Assembly (NCBI RefSeq): GCF_018977255.1
Contig: NW_024704837.1
Location: forward strand, 62,001 to 126,000
Direction: 5' to 3'
DNA length: 64,000 bases
DNA from: Callorhinchus milii
Taxonomy: Eukaryota
How positions within the stretch are numbered: position 1 is the first letter of the stretch; every line of letters starts with the position of its first letter. The notes beneath the pieces were generated by a model. That model searched no databases and was not told the DNA's origin. It saw nothing but the letters and a program-made list of their open reading frames with translations. A program made the position numbers and the translations under genes. Positions 12,831 through 25,455 of the stretch are shown here, piece by piece.

Positions 12831-15800
12831 TCCTGTGTTACTAAATGTAATCATTTATTTATCTTAAATCTTGGCAACAAAATCTTATTTTATCTTGGCA
12901 ACAGATTGTCGGAATCGAACAGAGAGTTTCTGGTATCTGCCATCAACCCAGTGAGGGCTCAAATCTGTGCTTGTTGGCTATTCTTCTTGGAGAGAGGTAA
13001 GCGAGTTGACCTGACTCCAAAGTGACATGCATGGTGATAAAATATTAGAATCAAATCAACTCTCTGTGGTGGTCTCCGTAGTCTGGTTCCAGGAGGGTCC
13101 ACAGCACTCCAGGGCACTGCTGATGACAGACAAGCCAGTTGGGATCATTGGTCACTGTGAGCAGGGATTCTTCCCACTCAACTCTGCAAGCCACGGCCAT
13201 AACCAATGGTTCTAGTTAGTTAAAATCTAGCAATACCGCAACCTGTGCCTAATGCTCTGGAATTAGGTAAGTAGGGTGTGTTACTCCAAGGAGAGAGTAC
13301 TCATTCAATTCTTGACACAAGGACATTTCCATAGGTTGATGGCATACATATGTGGAACTCTCAGACTGGTTTGATGGGTGTCTGCACGTGAGACATCTCT
13401 CTGACCCCCCAAAATTCTTAAATTATCAACATTTATTTTCAATCTCTCCTGAAAACTGGCTCCAGGAATAATGTGCAACAAATATGCGGATGTACAGCAT
13501 ATTTGTTAAGCTGCAACACTGTATCAGCTTCCCGGATTGCTTTGGCCTGCCACACTGCAGTATAGTCAGTCTCTTGTGCCAGCTAGCGTGGCTATGAATC
13601 TACTTGAGGAAAATCAGTCACCCACCAGTCTATCGATGAATATTTGCTCTGCTGTTATGAGATTGGTTAACTAATAGTTTTAGATTGCCATGTTCAATCC
13701 TTACTGGTGTAAACTGCAAGAATCAGCTAAATGCTAAACAGGAGGAATGTAGCAGAGTTCTAATCTGTAGGTATTTAAGTATTGAATCAAATGAAGAAAA
13801 ATACGGCATAGCAATGATCAAGATTACTATGGTGGTGTATGACTATTTTTGGGTGTCAAGGGATATATGTATTGTACAATGGAATTCAGGAGATGACCTG
13901 ATAATTGCATTGATTTTTTACAATGGTTCAGGCCTTATTTGTGCAGATATTGAGCAGTCCCAACATAATTGCATGTTTCCTGTGAGTCATAAAGGAGCCC
14001 ACATAAAATACTGAGGCAATAACGTTGGCAATGAGTAATAATCACGCATTATCAATGTCGCCACAGATAGCAGTCAGAGAAATTTTATTCCACTGTATAT
14101 AAATCTAGTACACATTGCACTTAACTTCACAGCTATTCCCTCTTTCTAAAAATCTGAAAGTCAAAAGGCTATTGATTGTTTTTATCCAACAAAGCTTCAC
14201 AGAGCCAAAAGTCAGCCATAAATGTATTAGTGTCTTTGTTCACCACAGGGTGGTTATTAACTCGGTTTTACAGCCAGCCTGAAGTAGGCATGAGAAATTA
14301 TATGGACTTTTATTAACAAATGCTTGCATTTTATCATGCCTTATAGATCATAATGTCTTGAGGTACTTCAGAGTAATTATTGTCAATTTTAATTGCTTTT
14401 GTTGTAGCCAAACACAGACCCAATTTGTGCTAAGCAAGGTCCCACGTTAAATGAATGACTGATTTAGGTGGAGGATTGTCAGCCCAAAACTGCACTAGTC
14501 TCAACCTAGACTGTGAGCTCAAGTTTCAACCTATGACTTCAACACAACATTCTGAATCAGAAGTACCCACTGAGCCATTAGAAAACCTAAATATATGTAT
14601 TTAATAATGCATCAAAAGTTTTTTCCTGGATTCTTTGCCTATAGGTAGTGACGAATTTGAGCTTTCAAGCCTATCCTTCCCATGGTAAAAAAACACTGGT
14701 TCTGGATTGATCACAAATTTCATTACATAGCACACAAAATCAAGATCATATTACTTTAGAAGGCATTTTGTGAAATGAAACGAAGATTGGTGTGCACCAA
14801 CTGCAAGCAGCGACCATGTAATGGACTTCAGTGCCTGATCATGGTCATTAGTACCTTACACATGAAAGACTTATCTGTATTAATGAACTCTCGTGAGATC
14901 AGTTGTTCTATGGTCTTGGCAGCAGCTGTTTCCCTCTCTGCTCCGAACTAAAACGACAGAAAGCCTGACAAGAAATGTGTTAACCATAACTGTTCTAACC
15001 CCTCATCTATGCTATGCACCAGAACAAGTAAATCAAAAACAGATGACTGTTGAGAAGCAGTCTACTCAGAATTAGCTGGCTACATCAGTTCCTGCAGCAG
15101 GCTTGTTCTCATCCTGAAATATACCCAGAGTATGATATTCCTCCACTGAGTTCAATAAAATAAATCTCATTGGGAATACCTTGTTCTGTTTGCTAACTGC
15201 AGCAAAGTTTTTGTTATATTCCTATAACAGTTCAATAACCCCTCAGCTTAAGTCATTTGATTCAAGCCTGTTCGCCATGTGTTTGTCATTCTCCATTATG
15301 TTTCTTTTCAACAACTGATTGAAAGTTAGCTGCTTTATTTCCTGGCTTTAGTGAATTTGTCTAAGCACGCTGGGCAGTTTAATACTGTGCTGTCAGTTTA
15401 ACAATTTGTTTCTGTGCAGTTTTTGAATACCTGTAATTAAATTATTTTAAAAAATCATTTATAAATTGCAGACACAAAACTCGCAAATGGAGAACAGGCC
15501 AGCTGACAATTAATTCACTATATTTATCAAAGTGGTTATATAATAATAATTTATCCTACAACATATTTTGATTATGAGCTGTTCAATTAAAGTTGATTTC
15601 TTTAGGTATTGTTAAATTGGTATATTATGAAATTAATAAAATAATCGCTGATGCTAGTATACCGGGCGATAAAATAACACAAAATTGGCTGTTGTGTTCA
15701 CCTACAATAGTTAGTGGACTTACAGTACACAATAGTTACAGTATACTTGGACTTTACAGTGAATTCTGTGAAGTATCTTGAGACATCCTCATGGTGTGAA

Positions 15801-18152
15801 TATATTAAATGCAAGGATTATTATAAAACACTCCTATATGTTTGAAAAACACAACAGAATCATTCAACTCATAATTAGCCTTAATAATTCCTTTGAATTA
15901 ATATCCCCAATTATTTCTTAGCACGCGTTAAACAAATCTATTTTGAAAAACAAACAGAATTGGAAACAATCAGTTACATCTAATATATATATTTTTAAAA
16001 GAGATCCTGATATTTGATCTCTCTAAGACTTATCTGAAGTTTACATCAGTAACATCAGCTAATGTGTAAATGAACACATATTGTTTTGTAGCTGGTCGGT
16101 ACTTAAATGTCTTGGTATTACTTCATTGACAAGTTTTGCCCATGTTCTATACCACTGGAGAAAGATGTCAGCATTGATTTCAACATTTATATTTAAATGT
16201 TGCAATAGCTCCTCCAACGGACAAATTGGTGCTGGTTTCGTGCAGCACTTGGCATGTAGCACAGAAGAATGTCAGTTCGAGTGTGCGTGTGTGCTAAATT
16301 AGTTAATCACAGCCAGGTTAACAATTATAAATGATGCCCGCAACTCAATTTAGGATGCGAGACATCAGTAAGAATTCCCACTCCTGATAACCATTAAAAG
16401 GCCCTACTGGAAACTACATGTTCGGACGTCAGGTGAGGACTAGATCAGGAAAAGGAGTCAAAACACCCAGGACAGGAGAAGAGATCAGAGAGCAAGAAAT
16501 GGAACAAAATCCCAAACCATTAATTTTACAATAAAACAATTTAATAAGAAATTATTTTATTAAAAGACCATAATTGTGACTGATTGAAAAACAATGGGAT
16601 CTACAGTAACTTATTGTAATGCCGATTAGCTCTTCCAAGGACAACTACATTCTGCAATAAATTCTTCTTGTAACATAAGATGAAAACTCCTCACATCAAT
16701 ATCATACATTGTGCGGCTAAAAAAAAATGTACTTATCACCCAGTATATTATTATTATATGCAAAACTAAATCCTTGTGGCAAGGTCATTCTTAATACAAG
16801 CCTATTTCTCATCAATTATGCTGATCATTTTACAGCAGTTTCTCTACGCACTTTGGATTTGCTTATTCAGCTACATGAATTGGCAATTTAACCCCTGTAA
16901 AGAAATCTAGGTAAACAATGTCACTGCAACCTTAGTTCCTTCAGGAAGCCTTTATTGGTTTGTATTGCACCTTTGCGGTGGTCATATGAAGAGGGGGCAG
17001 GAGCCCACAGTCTAATCTGCCTGGATTCACAGCAAGATCAAGTCATGCTATCCACTTACCCTTCTATTGCTTGACCCAAATAGTTATTAAGAAAGACACT
17101 AGTCAAGCCCAGGACACTGGACTCTACAAGGGAAGGTGCTTGAGGCCAAGACACTGGACTTATTTATATAAAAAAACAGTTTGATGCCATGATGGGATAA
17201 CAGCAAGATAAATATTCTGGAATGAGACGAGATCTCTTCCTTCCATTCCTTCCTTTTCTGGAGACAAATGTTGGTGGCCTGGATCGAAAAATATCCTGTT
17301 ATAATTGCATACTGTCAACAAGTGTCCCAAGGACCTTCTTCACTCGAACCGATCTTGTGAATTAAATTCAGTGTCATTGTACTACCCAACAAGAACAATA
17401 ACGAAATTACATTTGTATAGCGCCTTCAACGTTGGGAGGACGTGAATCAGTAACAGGAGAAAATCATGTTTGGCTATTTAAGTAGATTGAAGAGGAACTT
17501 AATCAAAGGAGTTAATTCACTGCGAGATTTAAGTTTCCCTTTAGTGCATTTACCTTGGCTTCTGTGTTTTCACCAAACGTAAAAAAAAATGCTTTCAATT
17601 ATCATGACTTCAAACACAGTTGAAGCAATAGACGAGTTGAAGTACATCGAATTTGATCGACATGTGAGATCAAGCAAAACCCACCCCCCCCCCAAAAAAA
17701 CAGAACTTGGTCCCTCTTGACCTCAGCATCAGCCTGCAGTTTCCAGTCTAATTGATGGTGGTTGAAACCCACCTGTTATTCTCCTGGATGTGTGGAGAGT
17801 TGTACAGTTCCAACACATGGTCCTTCTTTTCTAAATACAAGTGTTTATGTCCTGGATTGAAAAATATCCTGTTATATTTACAACACGCAGGCAGCATGTT
17901 ACCTCTTTAGCCTCAACTGTTAGGTACACAGCATTGGCTTCATACACAATAGTCTTTTCACAGGTCAAATATGATGCTTTATGGTTCAGACTATTTTCTT
18001 CTTTCCCCTATTCTCTTATTTGTATACTTTGTTTTCATTATTCTGATTCTTCAAAAATGTCATAAGATTGTAGGATCCAATGGATCAGTTACAATTAAAT
18101 TCAAAACATTTTTTTTGAAGGATAACTATTCAAATGCACTATTCAAAATCTA

Positions 18153-19642
18153 TTATGCTCTGGGTTTTTTCTTCGATTCTTCATTCCAGTCAAAATCCAG
18201 CATACCATCATCATCATCCAACTCATCAGTAGAAAAAAGATACTTCCTTGCAATGGTTGCTGCATTGTGAGTTGGGGCAAACCTAAAAGTCTTCCTTTTC
18301 TTAGCTGTTGATGCAGAATCTGCATTCACATTTTGCTCCAGTCTATTAAGCTTCCTAGCTATCACGTTCTTACTGTTGCGATTTTCCTCAATTACATTTT
18401 CCGTTCCCCTTTCAGGAGGTGGACTAAAGGAGAATTTGGCAAGTTTCGCTAATGTATTGGAGGATACTTCCCCGTGATTTGTATTAGTTGAATTTTGGTC
18501 TGTTTTGTTGATCTACATTTGGTTTTGTACAGACAGGATGTTTTGCTACATCCATTGCCACATGCCCCTGTACAATATCAGAACACTTTGGCACAGCAAG
18601 CAGAGATTTTAATGGCAACTCAGCTCCACCACAGACTTCAACATGTACACTTTTGCCTGTTGTCTTATGAGGGAACCTAGTTTCAGAGGGACATGCGAGT
18701 GTTCTCTGTTGCTTTTCTGAAGCATCACTGCTTTGCACATGTGGCTCCGAAGTCCAGGACAGTTCAGCATTCAGTACCCCAACTTCACCAGCTTTGATAT
18801 GAGGTGTCAAAGAGCCAGAAACTGAATGACTAAGTTTTGGCTTTTGTTTGAATTCAAATGTTTTTAATTTAGCCAGTAGAGGATTAGAATTTGCATTGGT
18901 TTCAGGGACTGGGGGAGTCATGCAAGCCTCGTGCATTGTATTTCTTGGTCTGAACAAGGGTACAGACTGAGTGGCTGCAGCAGGTGTGCTATGCAAAGGA
19001 CCTTGGTCTGAGCTGCCACTATTTGGTGTGCATGAGGAGTCATTCACATTAATTGCACTGGTTTCCTTACTTTCAGACATGTGACTTGCTTTCAAATTTT
19101 GGGTGTTTCCAAACAACTTTATACTTTCTACAACTCTTCTCGAGTGTAGCTTTTTTGATCCGTGGATTTTTATAACAGGCTTAAATGTGTTTGAAGAAGC
19201 ACACGATTCATCAATTATCTGTCCTTCAGTGCAGACAGTTTGATCAATTCTCGTGATCTTGATGGCTGAACCAGCTGAGCTCATGTTATTTGGACCACAA
19301 AAGCTTTCAGGTTCTGAAGTCCTGTTGGAAGGGTCCAGGTTTGTTGCAGCAGCCTCTGTATTTGTTACAGTCTCTGGACAGATACTTGTTTCAGGCAATA
19401 TGGGTAGATAAGAATCCTTTGGTGTAGGAGATCCAATCTGTGCAATATCACCTATTTTGGGTTCAAATTCACTTTGGGAGCCATCAAACCAGTTCAAACC
19501 ATTGTCGCTCTGATCGATGTCCTGAAAATCACTGTTCCTCTCATTCTTTGAACAATCAGTGGAATTGTCAGGAAACAGGTAGGTCTGGTCATTCGACTTT
19601 TTCCTTCCAGAAGGTGACCCCTGTTCTTTTTCACCATGAATT
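18153..19642 (-). CDS. MCM9: MCM9 last coding exon (long disordered C-terminal extension; apparent 1-bp frameshift near 18490)
   Basis: The ctttacag acceptor is in phase with ORF 18484-19497 (LAKLKTFEFKQKPK motif). The MCM9 tail motifs TLAKLAKFSFSPP, KKRKTF and LFSTDELDDDDGMLDFDWNEESKKK follow in the +1 frame, up to the stop at 18153. Confidence 0.9.
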
Positions 19643-19696
19643 CTGTAAAGAAAATATTACAATTGGTTTACAATGATAACTAAAACATTCATTTAT

Positions 19697-20019
19697 GGAG
19701 TCCTGTAGCTCAGTGGTTAGAGCACTCGCTTTGCAAGTGAGAGACCTGAGTTCAATTCCAGGCAGAAGGCGAAACCTTGGGCAAGTTTCCTTACTCCACA
19801 CAGAGCCTAATAATAATCCCTCCAAAACCAAAAACAATAATAAATTGGTCATTTTCAATCTACGACTGTTTGTGGGACATTGCTGTGCGCAATTGGCTGC
19901 CGCGTTTGCCCACAAATGTACAGTCATTTCACTTTACAGTGTGTTCTGTGAAGTGCTTTGGGACGTCCTTCCGACGTGAAAAGTGCTATATCAAATGCAA
20001 GGATTATTATTATTATTAT
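19697..20019 (+). mobile_element. tRNA-derived SINE (short, young subfamily)
   Basis: Near-identical to the copies at 32158 and 41703. Confidence 0.95.
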
Positions 20020-20493
20020 GCATAGAACTAGAATCATTGAAATTTACAGCATTGAAGGAGGCCATTCGATCAATTCTGTTTGTGCTGGCTCTCCCAATTG
20101 GTTTGATCAGCTCTCCCAATTGGTCTGACACAAGTGGACCATGCATAAGAGCATCCAAATCAAATTGAGTTCCACATATGTATACTATTTACACTTAGGA
20201 ATTTCTTGGCTCTCCAAAAGAGCTATCCATTTAGTTCCATTCTCCTACCTTAATGTGCAATTAAAACTAGCGCCTTGGGACGTCCTCCTGACGTGAAAGG
20301 CGCTTTATAAATGGAATCTTGTTGTTGTTGTTGTTGTTGTTGTACGAGGTCTACCCCTCTATTCCTCCCCCAACTAAACAATCCAATTTTTTTGTATCTC
20401 AGTGAAGGGTTAAAGCAATACAATAAAGGAAATAATATCGTTGACCTTCGTATTGTTTCCTCGGTTTGATCTGGAGCTGAGTATCCATTTTAC

Positions 20494-20639
20494 CTGTCAA
20501 GCTTTTCCAGTTCTTTCTGGAGAAGATTGTGGAGCCCCAGTCTCTCCAGCAGAAGCTCACACTGCATTCTGTACTGCTCTGCTGGGTTTTCTGGAAATGA
20601 TGTATGCAATGCATTCACACCACCAAGAAGAGCCCCTCC
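20494..20639 (-). CDS. MCM9: MCM9 coding exon 11
   Basis: [48 protein letters not shown]. tttccag/GTAAAA, 146 nt, ends phase 2. Confidence 0.96.
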
Positions 20640-20821
20640 CTGGAAACAAAGCACATTGCAATCTGCAACTAGATTTATGGAAATAAGGTGCATTTTGGGG
20701 CGTTAAGTTTACAAAGGTTGTTAGGTTTAACCATAAGTAGTGAATAATTATTCTTGCTTTCCGAAGTTAGTAAATTTGCCAACAAGCAGAAAATCAGTAA
20801 AGTGGTACGAACATTTGGATA

Positions 20822-21040
20822 GAGCCTAATAATAATCCCTCCAAAAACCAAAAACAATAATAAATTGGTCATTTTCAATCTACGATTGTTTGTGGGACAT
20901 TGCTGTGCGCAATTGGCTGCCGCGTTCACAAAAAGTCAATTCACTTTACAGTGTGTTCTGTCAAGCGCTTTGGGATGTCCTCCCGACGTGAAAAGCGCTA
21001 TATCAAATGCAAGGATTATTATTATTATTATTATTATTAT
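20822..21040 (+). mobile_element. 5'-truncated SINE (short subfamily)
   Basis: Body and tail only, (TAT)n end. Confidence 0.92.
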
Positions 21041-21846
21041 TCATTCTGTAAAGTAACATCTCAGAAGATTGCAGTGCATTCATTGCCTATTGCTACATAT
21101 ACATGCACAGAATCATAGAAAAGTTACACTAAATTGTCAAGTGCTTTGGGATAAACTCCTGACATGAAACATTATATACGTGTTGTATTGTACAGTATTG
21201 TACTGGATTGCACAGAAGATTCATCAAGTTTTTATTCTCGTGCCAGATTCTCCATTTTAATCCCAGTTCTTTGCTGCTTCTGAGTACACTTTATATTGTT
21301 CCTCTTCAAATTTTATTAAATTCTTGCTTTAAAGTCTTGCTATGGTCGTAGCTTCAATAGCTATTGATTGCAAAACATTCTATGTTCGAGCAACTAGGAG
21401 CATGAGAGAGTCCCTCAACCTTTCCATTAACATATGTCTTTAAACAAGCAACTTCTGCCTCCTCCATACTAAAAAAAAACGCTTAATCTGATGTCAGCAA
21501 TCTTATATCCTAATGTGCGAATGACAAAAAAAGAGAAAAAAAATTGCTACAGACTTTGCTTTACCAAAATGAATAGTAAATTAAATCTGTGATTTTAAAT
21601 CCTTCTTGTGGAGGAACATTCTTAGTCATAATACTAATAATAATCCTTGCATTTAATAAAATTTCATGCAAGGAGTATGTCTCACAGTGCGTTACAGGAT
21701 TTTACTGTAAAATGTAGTGACCGTGTTATGTAGGCGAACTCAGGAGCCAATTTGTACTCAGTAATGTCCCAAAACAGGTGTGAAGTTAATGACCAATTTT
21801 ATCTGGCAGCTTGTTGGCCATCTTAACTATTTATGAAAATGTGCAC

Positions 21847-21929
21847 CTGCATGGAAGACTCCATTACAGAGACCACTGTGATGGCATCTTCAATGGTTAC
21901 AGTATCTCGAAACATCAGTCTGGCGTGAG
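21847..21929 (-). CDS. MCM9: MCM9 coding exon 10
   Basis: [27 protein letters not shown]. ttttgcag acceptor, GT donor, 83 nt. Confidence 0.96.
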
Positions 21930-22529
21930 CTGCAAAAGAATATAAAGTATTAACATAACATTGATGACAATTTCGACAACAACTTGCATTTAGAGAATTA
22001 GAAAGGCACAAACAATATTTAAAAACACATAACTGATTAAGTAAAAGTCCAAGGTTGTAATTACTTTCCTGAATCTAGTTTAGTAACTCAAGACCCTTAT
22101 TGAAGGGAAACATACATAATCAAATACTTTGCAAAAACATTATTGCCTTTGGCAGGCCTGTACTGCTAGTATTCCTTAAAACACTCTCAGAAATTAGCAT
22201 ACAAATATTGACAGCTCGAGAAAGTTTACCTTAGTAGGTCAAGAAATGCAGTAATGCCCTCAATCAAATTTTCTTTAAAAGTAATCCTCTTTATCCATTT
22301 TGTAGAAATAACCTATGCTTCAGTAGGTAACGTTCAAACTATCTTTTCAGAAGTAATGACTTGGAGCAATGGTATATTTCAGTTTCAAAGAAATATTAGG
22401 TGACAAGGTGAAAATTAATAGAGGGTATGGGGGCATTCAGAATTTTAATTCATTCCACTAGTGACTGACCATGGTTAACTCATACAAGTTTTCACCAAAA
22501 GTCTAATATGGTGGTATTTCTACTATTGT

Positions 22530-22902
22530 GGAGTCCTGTAGCTTAGTGGTTAGAGCACTCGCCTCGCAAGGGAGAGGACCTGGGTTTGATTCCTGTTAGG
22601 GCGAAACCTTAGTTTCCTTATTTCACATACCTCTGTCTACCTAGCAGTAAGTAGGAACCTGGTTGTTAGTCGATTGGCGGATCGCATTTCCGGGGGTTTT
22701 AATCCCTTCCATTCAAAAAAAATTTTTAAATCACTTAATCCATGACTGTTTGTGGGACAAAGCTGTGCACAATTGGCTACTGCAATCTGCCCACAAAATA
22801 TACAGTCAATTCACTTTACAGTATATACTGTGAAGAGCTTTGAGACGTCTAGAAGACGCGATAAGGCACTATATCAAATGGAAAGATTATAATTATTATT
22901 AT
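22530..22902 (+). mobile_element. tRNA-derived SINE (long subfamily)
   Basis: Full head, extra central segment, tail gagacgtctagaagacgcg. Confidence 0.92.
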
Positions 22903-23464
22903 TGTTAACTGCATTGATTTATACAACCCAGGTCTGTACAAGCTACACTTAATAGTGCCAATATATGATGTGATTTGCAAGACTCTGCAGAGCTCAGTTT
23001 GAACCTTGCTTTTCTATAGTAAGAGTTGGTGTAGAACAGTATTGCTCAGATGTTACTATCTAAATCTGGTGTTTGCCTTTTATGGCTTGTACTGAGCTGC
23101 TGGGACTTGGTACTATCTTTAGCTGTTGTTGGTGCCAGTCCCATGTTGACATCTTCATTCTCCTGACGTCAAAAGAGCAGCAGAACATTGCTGTGGTCAG
23201 CCTCTGCATTCAAGTGTGAATCAGTTTTCCTTCACACCAGTCAAAGTAAAATGAGAACCAATGAGAAGCCTCTTCAGTAACCTTTTCTTTAAACCCTTTA
23301 ACAGTACAGTAAACTCAAGAGTGTCCCCCACTCACCTACCCCAGTCAGTCTGTATTTCATCAACAGTATGGAAAATAAATAGCATTTCATTTGTATGTTT
23401 GAGCAACCATTCACGAAGGTCAGGCACTCTATGGAGGGAGGGATCTCATGCCAGAGTAGAGTTC

Positions 23465-24310
23465 CTGCCTGGCTCAATTGGTAGCACTCTCATCTATGGG
23501 TCAGAAAGTTTTGAAAGATTGTTGGCCAGGACACCAGAAGAAACTCCATGTAGTGATCTAGCCTGACACTGGTACAGTCGAGTGCTGGGGGAGCTCTGCA
23601 TTGTCGAAGCTGCCATCCTTTATATAGACATTAAAACACGATTCTGTTTACCTGATCAAGTGACCATTAAAGACTCCATGGCTCTATACAAAAAGGGGAG
23701 TTTCTCCAGTGTCCTGGCCAACAATCTTTCAAAAATAAATTGTCCATTCCCTTCCTGGCTGTTAGTGGGACACTGCTGCCACATTTGCCTACAGATATAC
23801 AATCACTTCACAGCAATTACCTGCAAAACACTTTTTTATGTTTTGATGTACTAGACACTAAATGAAATATAATTTCATTATTATAATAAGAAAATTTCAA
23901 AAAATTCTACAGAGGTTATAATCCCTCCAAAGTATTACCCAAGAAATGTGCTGAAAGGTGGATTCTTTTTACTTAGGAGGAAAGGAATATTCATGAATGT
24001 AAATCGGTAATTTTACCTCAAGAGCAGCTCGCAGCAACAACCTGGTCCCTCTATTTAATAATAATCCTTGCATTTGATATACCGACAGTACCTTATCACA
24101 TCAAAGTGATTGTTTATTTGTAGGGAAACTTGGCAGCCAATTTGGACACAGCAAGAACCCACAAATAGCCATGAAATGAATGACCATTTTTTTGTCTGGG
24201 AGATTGTTAGCCAGCGCACCGGGAGAAACTCTCCTCTCTTTTCAAGTAGCACAAGCAGACGAGACCTTAATTTAGCGTCTCATCTGAAGGATGGCACCTG
24301 CCACAATGTC
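23465..24310. mobile_element. Old, diverged Deu-domain SINE copies (23465-23830 plus; ~24058-24310 minus)
   Basis: tggctcaattggtagcactc head, ggggagtttctccagtgtcctggccaaca and gtgggacactgctgcc core segments. Confidence 0.65.
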
Positions 24311-24398
24311 TATACTGAAACGGTAGTTTTCAGCCCATCCAGAAAGTGTCTTTAGATGCAGGGAGACTGATCGGATCATTAGACGTGAGGATTCTCAC

Positions 24399-24602
24399 CT
24401 TCAGCCAAGCGGACCAGGCTCTCGAGCATGCGTATAGTGGTTCTCGCTGCATTCCTGAACCAGCTCTGACGCTGCAGTTGGTAATATTTTACTAGGATTG
24501 TATCTGCTTCACTAGATATTCTAGGTTGCAAAGTCTTGATGAGACAGAAGTAAGTTTTCATTTTCTCCATGCTCCACAATTTTTCACTTGTGGTTGGGCA
24601 GG
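24399..24602 (-). CDS. MCM9: MCM9 coding exon 9
   Basis: [22 protein letters not shown]...[26 protein letters not shown], 204 nt. Confidence 0.96.
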
Positions 24603-24800
24603 CTGTAAATTTTCAGGGAAACAAATTATTTATAACTATTTAAATAATTTATATTTATAATTATTTATCACCATTCATTTGAAACAAAAACTCTTATACT
24701 TCATTTGTGAACAACTTGGAAAAAAATATAAAAATGTTATTTAAAGTACATAAAATGCAAATCCAAGAGAGGAAATAATGTTTTAATTCTTAGTGCAAAC

Positions 24801-25003
24801 CTTTGTTTTCTAGGATAAAGGAAGCTATGACTTTGTCCCACTCTTCGTTTTTGGTATCCAAGAGTACTATCACAAGGTCAAATCTGCTCAGCAATGGACT
24901 GGCCAGGGCTGTGTTCACAGCAATAGATTCATGAATGTCATATTGGCCTTTTGGATTTGTAGCTGCTAGTACAGTGGTCCTTGTGTTCAACTTGCATACA
25001 AGG
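24801..25003 (-). CDS. MCM9: MCM9 coding exon 8 (arginine finger)
   Basis: [22 protein letters not shown]...SPLLSRFDL...FILENK. 203 nt, phases 2 to 1 consistent. Confidence 0.97.
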
Positions 25004-25320
25004 CTAAAAATACAGGGCAACATTTAAAGATGTGGGTTAACTGGTGATGCAATTTATATGTTCAATCTGTTATAATAATGACAGGAAAATAATATTCTTA
25101 TAATATGCAGTTCTAAACAGCAGTTTGTCCAACTCTTATGTTCCTATATTAAAACCAATAATACCAAAATATTAAAATATGGTTCAGCCCCATTATAGCA
25201 ACATTTCATACAATGTTGCTTTGTTTACAACACAAATGGAGTGTTATAGATGTACTACCATTTACTACACTTTGTGCCCAACCAGATGACACGTGTCTCG
25301 CAAACCAGCTGATTGCAGGG

Positions 25321-25455
25321 CTAAAAGAGGCCAACTTCCAGGTCATTAGATCACTGCTAATGTCACTTCCTGCACACTGTACCTGTACTCGAGCAGCACA
25401 TAGGAAGTGACATCTGCAGCAACCTGATGACTTGGAAGTTGACCTTCTTGTTTAG
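25321..25455. repeat. Imperfect inverted repeat (~52-bp arms, ~28-nt loop)
   Basis: Arms caacttccaggtcattagatcactgctaatgtcacttcct and aggaagtgacatctgcagcaacctgatgacttggaagttg. The same peptide NFQVIR.L.MSLP appears on both strands in the ORF track. Confidence 0.85.

Noticed and set aside
15300-15560. Enhancer-like motif cluster (CAGCTG, TAATTA-like, ATCAAAG)
   Set aside because: Short motifs are expected by chance in AT-rich DNA, and conservation cannot be judged from one sequence.
1-17500. CEP85L or phospholamban exons expected downstream of MCM9 from human synteny
   Set aside because: I found no matching peptide by eye. Short exons could be missed, so a tBLASTn is needed.
18484-18500. Programmed ribosomal frameshift as the explanation for the MCM9 tail shift
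   Set aside because: No canonical slippery heptamer or stimulatory structure, and MCM9 orthologues are known as continuous ORFs. An indel or sequencing error is simpler.
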